A DNA stretch of 64,000 bases from the human T2T-CHM13v2.0 reference genome, Homo sapiens, in assembly GCF_009914755.1 (NCBI RefSeq), contig NC_060933.1, one strand, 5' to 3'. The notes under the pieces were generated by a model, which was not told the DNA's origin, did no database searches, and was given only the letters and a program-made list of their open reading frames with translations. The position numbers and the translations under genes were made by a program. Numbering within the stretch: the first letter of the stretch is position 1; each line of letters begins with the position of its first letter. Positions 52,201-64,000 of the stretch are shown here, one piece after another.

Positions 52201-55200
52201 GAGTTGAACCTTTGTTTGGATACAGCATTTTGGAAACACTCTTTTTGTAGAATCTGCAAGTGGATATTTGGATAGCTTTGAAGGTTTCGTTGGAAACGGG
52301 AATATCTTCATATAAAATCAAGACAGAAGCATTCTCAGAAACTTCTCTGTGATGTTTGCATTCAACTCATAGAGTTGAACCCTTCCCTTCATACAGCAGG
52401 TTTGAAACACTCTTTTTGTAATATTTGGAAGTGGACATTTGCAGCGCTTTGAGGCCTATGTTGAAAAAGGAAATATCTTCTCCTAAAAACCAGACAGAAG
52501 CATTCTCAGAAACTTCCTTGTGATGTGTGTACTCAAGTTACAGAGTTGAACCTTCCTTTTGACAGAGCAGTTTTGAAGCACTCTTTTTGTAGAATCTGCA
52601 AGTGGATATTTTGATACCTTTGAGGATTTCGTTGGACACGGGATATCTTCATATAAAATCTAGACAGAAGCATTCTCAGAAACTTCTTTGTGCTGTATGT
52701 CCTCAATTAACAGAGTTGAACCTTTGTGTGGATACAGCATTTTGGAAACATTCCTTTAGTAGAATCTGCAAGTTGATATTTAGATAGCTAGGAAGATTTC
52801 CTTGGAAACGGGAATATCTTCATATAAAATCTAGACGGAAGCATTCTCAGAAAGTGCTTTGTGATGTTTGCATTCAAGTCACAGAGTTGAATATTCCCTT
52901 TTATAGAGCAGGTTTGAAACACTCTTTCTGCACTACCTGGAAGTGGACATTTGGAGCGCTTTGAGGCCTATGTTGAAAAAGGAAATATCTTCCCATAAAA
53001 ACTAGACAGAAGCATTCTCAGAAACTTGTTTGTGATGTGTGTATTCAACTAACAGAGATGAACCTTTCTTTTTACAGAGCAGTTTTGAAACACTCTTTTT
53101 GTGGAATCTGAAAGTGGATATTTGGATAGCTTTGAGGATTTCGTTGGAAACGGGATTACATATAAAACCTAGAGAGAAGCATTCTCAGGAACTTCTTTGT
53201 GATGTTTGCATTCAAGTCACAGAACTGAACATTCCCTTTCATAGAGCAGGTTTGAAACACTCTTTCTGTAGTATCTGCAAGCTGACGTTTCAAGCGCTTT
53301 CAGGCCTATGGTGAGAAAGGAAATATCTTCAAGTAAAAACTAGACAGAAGCATTCTCAGAAACTTATTTGCTATGTGTGTTCTCAACTAACAGAGTTGAA
53401 CCTTTGTTTTGATACGGCATTTTGGAAACACTCTTTTTGTAGAATCTGCAGGTGGATATTCGGATAGCTTTGAAGGTTTCGTTGGAATCGGGAATATCTT
53501 CATATAAAATCTAGACGGAAGCATTCTCAGAAACTGCTTTGTGATGTTTTCATTCAAGTCACAGAGTAGAATGTTCCCTGTTATATACCAGGTTTGAGAC
53601 ACTCTTTCTGCACTACCTGGAAGTGGAGGTTTGGAGCGCTTTGAGGCCTATGTTGAAAAAGGAAATATCTTCCCATAAAAACTAGACAGAAGCATTCTCA
53701 GAAACTTGTTTGTGATGTGTGTATTCAACTAACAGAGATGAACCTTTCTTTTTACAGAGCAGTTTTGAAACACTCTTTTTGTGGAATCTGAAAGTGGATA
53801 TTTGGATAGCTTTGAGGATTTCGTTGGAAACGGGATTACATATAAAATCTAGGGAGAAGCATTCTCAGGAACTTCTTTGTGATGTTTGCATTCAAGTCAC
53901 AGAACTGAACATTCCCTTTCATAGAGCAGGTTTGAAACACTCTTTCTGTAGTATCTGCAAGCGGACGTTTCAAGCGCTTTCAGGCCTGTGGTGAAAAAGG
54001 AAATATCTTCAAATTAAAACTAGACAGAAGCATTCTCAGAAACTTATTTGCGATGTGTGTTCTCAGCTAACAGAGTTGAACCTTTGTTTTGATACAGCAT
54101 TTTGGAAACACTCTTTTTGTAGGATCTGCAGGTGGATATTTGGATAGCTTTGAAGGTTTCTTTGGAAACGGGAATATCTTCATATAAAATCAACACAGAA
54201 GCATTCTCAGAAACTTCTCTGTGATGTTTGCATTCAACTCATAGAGTTGAACACTTCCTTTCATAGAGCTGGTTTGAAATACTCTTTTTGTAATATTTGG
54301 AATGGACATTGGCAGCGCTTTGAAGCTTATGGTGAAAAAGGAGATATCTTCTCCTAAAAACCAGACAGAAGCATTCTCAGAATCTTTCTTGTGATGTGTG
54401 TACTCAAGTAACAGAGTTGAACCTTCATTTTGAGAGAGCAGTTTTGAAGCACTCTTTTTGTAGAATCTGCAAGTGGATATTTTGATACCTTTGAGGATTT
54501 CGTTGGACACGGGATATCTTCATATAAAATCTAGACAGAAGCATTCTCAGAAACTTCTTTGTGCTGTATGTCCTCAATTAACAGAGTTGAACCTTTGTGT
54601 GGATACAGCATTTTGGAAACATTCCTTTATTAGAATCTGCAAGTTGATATTTAGATAGCTAGGAAGATTTCCTTGGAAACGGGAATATCTTCATATAAAA
54701 TCTAGACGGAAGCATTCTCAGAAAGTGCTTTGTGATGTTTGCATTCAAGTCACAGAGTTGAATATTCCCTTTTATAGAGCAGTTTTGAAACACTCTTTCT
54801 GCACTACCTGGAAGTGGACATTTGGAGCGCTTTGAGGCCTATGTTGAAAAAGGAAATATCTTCCCATAAAAACTAGACAGAAGCATTCTCAGAAACTTGT
54901 TTGTGATGTGTGTATTCAACTAACAGAGATGAACCTTTCTTTTTACACAGCAGTTTTGAAACACTCTTTTTGTGGAATCTGAAAGTGGATATTTGGATAG
55001 CTTTGAGGATTTCGTTGGAAACGGGATTACATATAAAACCTAGAGAGAAGCATTCTCAGGAACTTCTTTGTGATGTTTGCATTCAAGTCACAGAAATGAA
55101 CATTCCCTTTCATAGAGCAGGTTTGAAACACTCTTTCTGTAGTATCTGCAAGCTGACGTTTCAAGCGCTTTCAGGCCTATGGTGAGAAAGGAAATATCTT

Positions 55201-58200
55201 CAAGTAAAAACTAGACAGAAGCATTCTCAGAAACTTATTTGCCATGTGTGTTCTCAACTAACAGAGTTGAACCTTTGTATTGATACGGCATTTTGGAAAC
55301 ACTCTTTTTGTAGAATCTGCAGGTGGATATTCGGATAGCTTTGAAGGTTTCGTTGGAAACGGGAATATCTTCATATAAAATCTAGACGGAAGCATTCTGA
55401 GAAACTGATTTGTGATGTTTTCATTCAAGTCACAGAGTAGAATGTTCCCTGTTATATACCAGGTTTGAGACACGCTTTCTGCACTACCAGGAAGTGGACA
55501 TTTGGAGCGCTTTGAGGCCTATGATGAAAAAGGAAATATCTTCCCATAAAAACTAGACAGAAGCATTCTCAGAAACTTGTTTGTGATGTGTGTATTCAAC
55601 TAACAGAGATGAACCTTTCTTTTTACAGAGCAGTTTTGAAACACTCTTTTTGTGGAATCTGAAAGAGGATATTTGGATAGCTTTGCGGATTTCGTTGGAA
55701 ACGGGATTACATATAAAATCTAGGGAGAAGCATTCTCAGGAACTTCTTTGTGATGTTTGCATTCAAGTCACAGAACTGAACATTCCCTTTCAGAGAGTAG
55801 GTTTGAAACACTCTTTCTGTAGTATCTGCAAGCGGACGTTTCAAGCGCTTTCAGGCCTGTGGTGAAAAAGGAAATATCTTCAAATAAAAACTAGACAGAA
55901 GCATTCTCAGAAACTTATTTGCGATGTGTGTCCTCAACTGACAGAGTTGAACCTTTGTTTGGATACAGCATTTTGGAAACACTCTTTTTGTAGAATCTGC
56001 AAGTGGATATTTGGATAGCTTTGAAGGTTTCGTTGGAAACGGGAATATCTTCATATAAAATCAAGACAGAAGCATTCTCAGAAACTTCTCTGTGATGTTT
56101 GCATTCAAATCATAGAGTTGAACCCTTCCCTTCATACAGCAGGTTTGAAACACTCTTTTTGTAATATTTGGAAGTGGACATTTGCAGCGCTTTGAGGCCT
56201 ATGTTGAAAAAGGAAATATCTTCTCCTAAAAACCAGACAGAAGCATTCTCAGAAACTTCCTTGTGATGTGTGTACTCAAGTTACAGAGTTGAACCTTCCT
56301 TTTGACAGAGCAGTTTTGAAGCACTCTTTTTGTAGAATCTGCAAGTGGATATTTTGATACCTTTGAGGATTTCGTTGGACACGGGATATCTTCATATAAA
56401 ATCTAGACAGAAGCATTCTCAGAAACTTCTTTGTGCTGTATGTCCTCAATTAACAGAGTTGAACCTTTGTGTGGATACAGCATTTTGGAAACACTCCTTT
56501 AGTAGAATCTGCAAGTTGATACTTAGATAGGAAGATTTCCTTGGAAACGGGAATATCTTCACATAAAATCTAGACGGAAGCATTCTCAGAAACTGCTTTG
56601 TGATGTCTTCATTGAAGTCACAGAGTAGAATGTTCCCTTTTATAGAGCAGGTTTGAAACACTCAGTGCACTACCTGGAAGTGGACATTTGGAGCGCTTTG
56701 AGGCCTATGTTGAAAAAGGAAATATCTTCCCATAAAAACTAGACAGAAGCATTCTCAGAAACTTGTTTGTGATGTGTGTATTCAACTAACAGAGATGAAC
56801 CTTTCTTTTTACAGAGCAGTTTTGAAACACTCTTTTTGTGGAATCTGAAAGTGGATATTTGGATAGCTTTGAGGATTTCGTTGGAAACGGGATTACATAT
56901 AAAATCTAGGGAGAAGCATTCTCAGGAACTTCTTTGTGATGTTTGCATTCAAGTCACAGAACTGAACATTCCCTTTCATAGAGCAGGTTTGAAACACTCT
57001 TTCTGTAGTATCTGCAAGTGAACGTTTGAAGCGCTTTCAGGCCTGTGGTGAAAAAGGAAATATCTTCAAATAAAAACTAGACAGAAGCATTCTCAGAAAC
57101 TTATTTGCGATGTGTGTTCTCAGCTAACAGAGTTGAACCTTTGTTTTGATACAGCATTTTGGAAACACTCTTTTTGTAGGATCTGCAGGTGGATATTTGG
57201 ATAGCTTTGAAGGTTTCTTTGGAAACGGGAATATCTTCATATAAAATCAAGACAGAAGCATTCTCAGAAACTTCTCTGTGATGTTTGCATTCAACTCATA
57301 GAGTTGAACCCTTCCTTTCATAGAGCTGGTTTGAAATACTCTTTTTGTAATATTTGGAAGTGGACATTGGCAGCGCTTTGAAGCCTATGGTGAAAAAGGA
57401 GATATCTTCTCCTAAAAACCAGACAGAAGCATTCTCAGAATCTTTCTTGTGATGTGTGTACTCAAGTAACAGAGTTGAACCTTCATTTTGACAGAGCAGT
57501 TTTGAAGCACTCTTTTTGTAGAATCTGCAAGTGGATATTTTGATACCTTTGAGGATTTCGTTAGACACGGGATATCTTCATATAAAATCTAGACAGAAGC
57601 ATTCTCAGAAACTTCTTTGTGCTGTATGTCCTCAATTAACAGAGTTGAACCTTTGTGTGGATACAGCATTTTGGAAACATTCCTTTAGTAGAATCTGCAA
57701 GTTGATATTTAGATAGCTAGGAAGATTTCCTTGGAAACGGGAATATCTTCATATAAAATCTAGACGGAAGCATTCTCAGAAAGTGCTTTGTGATGTTTGC
57801 ATTCAAGTCACAGAGTTGAGTATTCCCTTTTATAGAGCAGGTTTGAAACACTCTTTCTGCACTACCTGGAAGTGGACATTTGGAGCGCTTTGAGGCCTAT
57901 GTTGAAAAAGGAAATATCTTCCCATAAAAACTAGACAGAAGCATTCTCAGAAACTTGTTTGTGATGTGTGTATTCAACTAACAGAGATGAACCTTTCTTT
58001 TTACAGAGCAGTTTTGAAACACTCTTTTTGTGGAATCTGAAAGTGGATATTTGGATAGCTTTGAGGATTTCGTTGGAAACGGGATTACATATAAAACCTA
58101 GAGAGAAGCATTCTCAGGAACTTCTTTGTGATGTTTGCATTCAAGTCACAGAACTGAACATTCCCTTTCATAGAGCAGGTTTGAAACACTCTTTCTGTAG

Positions 58201-58621
58201 TATCTGCAAGCTGACGTTTCAAGCGCTTTCAGGCCTATGGTGAGAAAGGAAATATCTTCAAGTAAAAACTAGACAGAAGCATTCTCAGAAACTTATTTGC
58301 GATGTGTGTTCTCAACTAACAGAGTTGAACGTTTGTTTTGATACGGCATTTTGGAAACACTCTTTTTGTAGAATCTGCAGGTGGATATTCGGATAGCTTT
58401 GAAGGTTTCGTTGGAAACGGGAATATCTTCATATAAAATCTAGACGGAAGCATTCTCAGAAACTGCTTTGTGATGTTTTCATTCAAGTCACAGAGTAGAA
58501 TGTTCCCTGTTATATACCAGGTTTGAGACACTATTTCTGCACTACCTGGAAGTGGACATTTGGAGCGCTTTGAGGCCTATGATGAAAAAGGAAATATCTT
58601 CCCATAAAAACTAGACAGAAG

Positions 58622-59981
58622 CATTCTCAGAAACTTGTTTGTGATGTGTGTATTCAACTAACAGAGATGAACCTTTCTTTTTACAGAGCAGTTTTGAAAC
58701 ACTCTTTTTGTGGAATCTGAAAGTGGATATTTGGATAGCTTTGAGGATTTCGTTGGAAACGGGATTACATATAAAATCTAGAGAGAAGCATTCTCAGGAA
58801 CTTCTTTGTGATGTTTGCATTCACGTCACAGAACTGAACATTCCCTTTCATAGAGCATGTTTGAAACACTCTTTCTGTAGTATCTGCAAACGGACATTTC
58901 AAACGCTTTCAGGCCTATGGTGAGAAAGGAAATATCTTCAAATAAAAACTAGACAGAAGGATTCTCAGAAACTTATTTGCGATGTGTGTCCTCAACTAAC
59001 AGAGTTGAACCTTTCTTTTGATACAACATTTTGGAAACACTCTTTTTGTAGAATCTGCAAGTGGATATTTGGATAGCTTTGAAGGTTTCGTTGGAAACGG
59101 GAATATCTTCATATAAAATCAAGACAGAAGCATTCTCAGAAACTTCTCTGTGATGTTTGCATTCAACTCATAGAGTTGAACACTTCCCTTCATACAGCAG
59201 GTTTGAAACACTCTTTTTCTAATATTTGGAAGTGGACATTTGCAGCGCTTTGAGGCCTATGTTGAAAAAGGAAATATCTTCTCCTAAAAACCAGACAGAA
59301 GCATTCTCAGAAACTTCCTTGTGATGTGTGTACTCAAGTAACAGAGTTGAACCTTCCTTTTGACAGAGCAGTTTTGAAGCACTCTTTTTGTAGAATCTGC
59401 AAGTGGATATTTTGATACCTCTGAGGATTTCGTTGGAAACGGGATTACATATAAAACCTAGAGAGAAACATTCTCAGGAACTTCTTTGTGATGTTGGCCT
59501 TCAAGTCACAGGACTGAACATTCCCTTTCATAGAGCAGGTTTGAAACACTCTTTCTGTAGTATCTGCAAGCTGATGTTTCAAGCGCTTTCAGGCCTATGG
59601 TGAGAAAGGAAATATCTTCAAGTAAAAACTAGACAGAAGCATTCTCAGAAACTTATTTGCCATGTGTGTTCTCAACTAACAGAGTTGAACCTTTGTTTTG
59701 ATACGGCATTTTGGAAACACTCTTTTTGTAGAATCTGCAGGTGGATATTCGGATAGCTTTGAAGGTTTCGTTGGAAACGGGAATATCTTCATATAAAATC
59801 TAGACGGAAGCATTCTCAGAAACTGCTTTGTGATGTTTTCATTCAAGTCACAGAGTAGAATGTTCCCTGCTATATACCAGGTTTGAGACACTCTTTCTGC
59901 ACTACCTGGAAGTGGACGTTTGGAGCGCTTTGAGGCCTATGTTGAAAAAGGAAATATCTTCCCATAAAAACTAGACAGAAG
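58622..59981 (+). repeat. 8-mer HOR variant A-B-C''-D-E/A(hybrid)-B-C'-G'
   Basis: Anchor gap is 1360 bp. The monomer at ~59302 starts as E and ends as A (TTTGATACC...GGAAACGGGATTACATATAAAACC). The chimeric pseudo-ORF 59403-59603 shows the same fusion. Confidence 0.88.
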
Positions 59982-62900
59982 CATTCTCAGAAACTTGTTT
60001 GTGATGTGTGTATTCAACTAACAGAGATGAACCTTTCTTTTTACAGAGCAGTTTTGAAACACTCTTTTTGTGGAATCTGAAAGTGGATATTGGGATAGCT
60101 TTGAGGATTTCGTTGGAAACGGGATTACATATAAAATCTAGAGAGAAGCATTCTCAGGAACTTCTTTGTGATGTTTGCATTCAAGTCACAGAACTGAACA
60201 TTCCCTTTCATAGAGCAGGTTTGAAACACTCTTTCTGTAGTATCTGCAAGTGGACGTTTCAAGCGCTTTCAGGCCTGTGGTGAAAAAGGAAATATCTTCA
60301 AATAAAAACTAGACAGAAGCATTCTCAGAAACTTATTTGCGATCTGTGTTCTCAGCTAACAGAGTTGAACCTTTGTTTTGATACAGCATTTTGGAAACAC
60401 TCTTTTTGTAGGATCTGCAGGTGGATATTTGGATAGCTTTGAAGGTTTCTTTGGAAACGGGAATATCTTCATATAAAATCAAGACAGAAGCATTCTCAGA
60501 AACTTCTCTGTGATGTTTGCATTCAACTCATAGAGTTGAACACTTCCTTTCATAGAGCTGGTTTGAAATTCTCTTTTTGTAATATTTGGAAGTGGACATT
60601 GGCAGCGCTTTGAAGCCTATGGTGAAAAAGGTGATATCTTCTCCTAAAAACCAGACAGAAGCATTCTCAGAATCTTTCTTGTGATGTGTGTACTCAAGTA
60701 ACAGAGGTGAACCTTCATTTTGACAGAGCAGTTTTGAAGCACTCTTTTTGTAGAATCTGCAAGTGGATATTTTGATACCTTTGAGTATTTCGTTAGACAC
60801 GGGATATCTTAATATAAAATCTAGACAGAAGCATTCTCAGAAACTTCTTTGTGCTGTATGTCCTCAATTAACAGAGTTGAACCTTTGTGTGGATACAGCA
60901 TTTTGGAAAAATTCCTTTAGTAGAATCTGCAAGTTGATATTTAGATAGCTAGGAAGATTTCCTTGGAAACGGGAATATCTTCATATAAAATCTAGACGGA
61001 AGCATTCTCAGAAAGTGCTTTGTGATGTTTGCATTCAAGTCACAGAGTTGAATATTCCGTTTTATAGAGCAGGTTTGAAACACTCTTTCTGCACTACCTG
61101 GAAGTGGACATTTGGAGCGCTTTGAGGCCTATGTTGAAAAAGGAAATATCTTCCCATAAAAACTAGACAGAAGCATTCTCAGAAACTTGTTTGTGATGTG
61201 TGTATTCAACTAACAGAGATGAACCTTTCTTTTTACAGAGCAGTTTTGAAACACTCTTTTTGTGGAATCTGAAAGTGGATATTTGGATAGCATTGAGGAT
61301 TTCGTTGGAAACTGGATTACATATAAAACCTAGAGAGAAGCATTCTCAGGAACTTCTTTGTGATGTTTGCATTCAAGTCACAGGACTGAACATTCCCTTT
61401 CATAGAGCAGGTTTGAAACACTCTTTCTGTAGTATCTGCAAGCTGACGTTTCAAGCGCTTTCAGGCCTATGGTGAGAAAGGAAATATCTTCAAGTAAAAA
61501 CTAGACAGAAGCATTCTCAGAAACTTATTTGCCATGTGTGTTCTCAACTAACAGAGTTGAACCTTTGTTTTGATACGGCATTTTGGAAACACTCTTTTTG
61601 TAGAATCTGCAGGTGGATATTCGGATAGCTTTGAAGGTTTCGTTGGAAACGGGAATATCTTCATATAAAATCTAGACGGAAGCATTCTCAGAAACTGCTT
61701 TGTGATGTTTTCATTCAAGTCACAGAGTAGAATGTTCCCTGTTATATACCAGGTTTGAGACACTCTTTCTGCACTACCTGGAAGTGGACGTTTGGAGCGC
61801 TTTGAGGCCTATGTTGAAAAAGGAAATATCTTCCCATAAAAACTAGACAGAAGCATTCTCAGAAACTTGTTTGTGATGTGTGTATTCAACTAACAGAGAT
61901 GAACCTTTCTTTTTACAGAGCAGTTTTGAAACACTCTTTTTGTGGAATCTGAAAGTGGATATTTGGATAGCTTTGAGGATTTCGTTGGAAACGGGATTAC
62001 ATATAAAACCTAGAGAGAAGCATTCTCAGGAACTGCTTTGTGATGTTTGCATTCAAGTCACAGAACTGAACATTCCCTTTCATAGAGCAGGTTTGAAACA
62101 CTCTTTCTGTAGTATCTGCAAGCTGACGTTTCAAGCGCTTTCAGGCCTATGGTGAGAAAGGAAATATCTTCAAGTAAAAACTAGACAGAAGCATTCTCAG
62201 AAACTTATTTGCGATGTGTGTTCTCAACTAACAGAGTTGAACCTTTGTTTTGATATGGCATTTTGGAAACACTCTTTTTGTAGAATCTGCAGGTGGATAT
62301 TCGGATAGCTTTGAAGGTTTCGTTGGAAACGGGAATATCTTCATATAAAATCTAGACGGAAGCATTCTGAGAAACTGCTTTGTGATGTTTTCATTCAAGT
62401 CACAGAGTAGAATGTTCCCTGTTATATACCAGGTTTGAGACACTCTTTCTGCACTACCTGGAAGTGGACATTTGCAGCGCTTTGAGGCCTATGATGAAAA
62501 AGGAAATATCTTCCCATAAAAACTAGACAGAAGCATTCTCAGAAACTTGTTTGTGATGTGTGTATTCAACTAACAGAGATGAACCTTTCTTTTTACAGAG
62601 CAGTTTTGAAACACTCTTTTTGTGGAATCTGAAAGTGGATATTTGGATAGCTTTGAGGATTTCGTTGGAAACGGGATTACATATAAAATCTAGGGAGAAG
62701 CATTCTCAGGAACTTCTTTGTGATGTTTGCATTCAAGTCACAGAACTGAACATTCCCTTTCATAGAGCAGGTTTGAAACACTCTTTCTGTAGTATCTGCA
62801 AGCGGACGTTTCAAACGCTTTCAGGCCTATGGTGAGAAAGGAAATATCTTCAAATAAAAACTAGACAGAAGCATTCTCAGAAACTTATTTGCGATGTGTG

Positions 62901-64000
62901 TCCTCAACTAACAGAGTTGAACCTTTCTTTTGATACAACATTTTGGAAACACTCTTTTTGTAGAATCTGCAAGTGGATATTTGAATAGCTTTGAAGGTTT
63001 CGTTGGAAACGGGAATATCTTCATATAAAATCAAGACAGAAGCATTCTCAGAAACTTCTCTGTGATGTTTGCATTCAACTCATAGAGTTGAACACTTCCC
63101 TTCATACAGCAGGTTTGAAACACTCTTTTTGTAATATTTGGAAGTGGACATTTGCAGCGCTTTGAGGCCTATGATGAAAAAGGTAATATCTTCCCATAAA
63201 AACTAGACAGAAGCATTCTCAGAAACTTGTTTGTGATGTGTGTATTCAACTAACAGAGATGAACCTTTCTTTTTACAGAGCAGTTTTGAAACACTCTTTT
63301 TGTGGAATCTGAAAGTGGATATTTGGATAGCTTTGCGGATTTCGTTGGAAACGGGATTACATATAAAATCTAGGGAGAAGCATTCTCAGGAACTTCTTTG
63401 TGATGTTTGCATTCAAGTCACAGAACTGAACATTCCCTTTCATAGAGCAGGTTTGAAACACTCTTTCTGTAGTATCTGCAAGCGGACGTTTTAAGCGCTT
63501 TCAGGCCTGTGGTGAGAAAGGAAATATCTTCAAATAAAAACTAGACAGAAGCATTCTCAGAAACTTATTTGCGATGTGTGTCCTCAACTAACAGAGTTGA
63601 ACCTTTCTTTTGATACAACATTTTGGAAACACTCTTTTTGTAGAATCTGCAAGTGGATATTTGGATAGCTTTGAAGGTTTCGTTGGAAACGGGAATATCT
63701 TCATATGAAATCAAGACAGAAGCATTCTCAGAAACTTCTCTGTGATGTTTGCATTCAACTCATAGAGTTGAACACTTCCCTTCATACAGCAGGTTTGAAA
63801 CACTCTTTTTCTAATATTTGGAAGTGGACATTTGCAGCGCTTTGAGGCCTATGTTGAAAAAGGAAATATCTTCTCCTAAAAACCAGACAGAAGCATTCTC
63901 AGAAACTTCCTTGTGATGTGTGTACTCAAGTAACAGAGTTGAACCTTCCTTTTGACAGAGCAGTTTTGAAGCACTCTTTTTGTAGAATCTGCAAGTGGAT

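Larger units (their letters stand above)
25751..61173 (+). repeat. Heterogeneous domain dominated by 11-mer (4+7) and 7-mer HORs, with divergent monomer haplotypes and rare structural variants
   Basis: Anchor spacings mostly alternate 680 and 1186-1192, with outliers of 2046, 1019, 2216 and 1360. It contains multi-variant haplotypes D* (CCTTTCATAGAGCTGGTTTGAAATACT), E* (CCTTACTTTT...CTGGAAGTAGAT) and G with a 2-bp deletion (CTCTGTGCAC). The right boundary is fuzzy. Confidence 0.75.
1..64000 (+). repeat. Centromeric alpha-satellite higher-order repeat array (SF2-like, CENP-B-box rich, active-type; probably human chr9 D9Z4/S2C9H1L)
   Basis: Uninterrupted ~171-bp monomers with alphoid hallmarks (AGAAGCATTCTCAGAAAC, AGAGTTGAAC, TTTGAAACACTCTTT, GGAAATATCTTC), one orientation throughout. 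The repeated pseudo-ORF anchor in monomer A recurs at spacings of ~680 and ~1192 bp. The alphoid call is certain. The chromosome assignment is inference from 4/7/11/15-mer organisation (confidence ~0.6). Confidence 0.99.

Noticed and set aside
528-63494. Dozens of near-identical short ORFs (MYSTNRDEPFF..., MSNEILKG..., MDILIPLR..., MSQTWYIT...)
   Set aside because: They are chance open frames in satellite monomers, many starting at non-ATG codons and overlapping on both strands. They recur only because the HOR recurs, and no protein family is recognisable. I used them only as spacing anchors.
1-64000. CRISPR-like array (conserved AGAAGCATTCTCAG with variable intervening sequence)
   Set aside because: The intervening ~150-bp segments are homologous to each other and repeat periodically. 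There are no unique spacers, leader or cas genes.
1-64000. Transposon insertion, inversion or hidden non-satellite island
   Set aside because: Every anchor gap equals a whole number of ~170-bp monomers, and reading through showed no poly-A tail, Alu/L1 sequence or reverse-orientation monomers.
1-64000. A previously undescribed gene or ncRNA system
   Set aside because: Nothing in the sequence supports one. Alpha-satellite transcription is known, but no transcript boundaries can be inferred here. Any novelty is limited to array variants, which may already be catalogued.
1-64000. Firm chromosome assignment
   Set aside because: 4/7/11/15-mer sizes fit chr9 D9Z4 best, but related sizes are described for chr8 and chr15 arrays. 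An alignment to T2T-CHM13 HOR consensus sequences is needed.

Overview
The whole 64 kb is primate (almost certainly human) centromeric alpha-satellite DNA: roughly 375 head-to-tail ~171-bp monomers, all in one orientation. I found no genes, transposon insertions, inversions or unique sequence. Seven basic monomer types (my labels) can be read after the conserved AGAAGCATTCTCAG junction: A AAACTTGTTTGTG, B GAACTTCTTTGTGAT, C AAACTTATTTGC, D AAACTTCTCTGTG, E AAACTTCCTTGTG, F AAACTTCTTTGTGCT, G AAAGTGCTTTGTG. They form a 7-mer higher-order repeat (HOR; ABCDEFG, ~1192 bp) and two different 4-mers (~680 bp), combined into 11-mers (1872 bp) and 15-mers (2552 bp). Dense CENP-B boxes and near-identical HOR copies point to an active-type array of the dimeric suprachromosomal family 2. 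My best guess is chromosome 9 D9Z4/S2C9H1L; chr8 D8Z2 and chr15 D15Z3 are alternatives I cannot exclude without a database search. All listed ORFs are artefacts of the repeat. I see no new protein-coding or RNA system. The notable content is array architecture: a sharp homogeneous-to-heterogeneous transition at ~25.75 kb, rare HOR structural variants (6-, 8-, 12- and 13-mer), hybrid-monomer junctions falling in CENP-B box positions, mutually exclusive CENP-B box losses, and several multi-kb segmental copies traceable by private variants.
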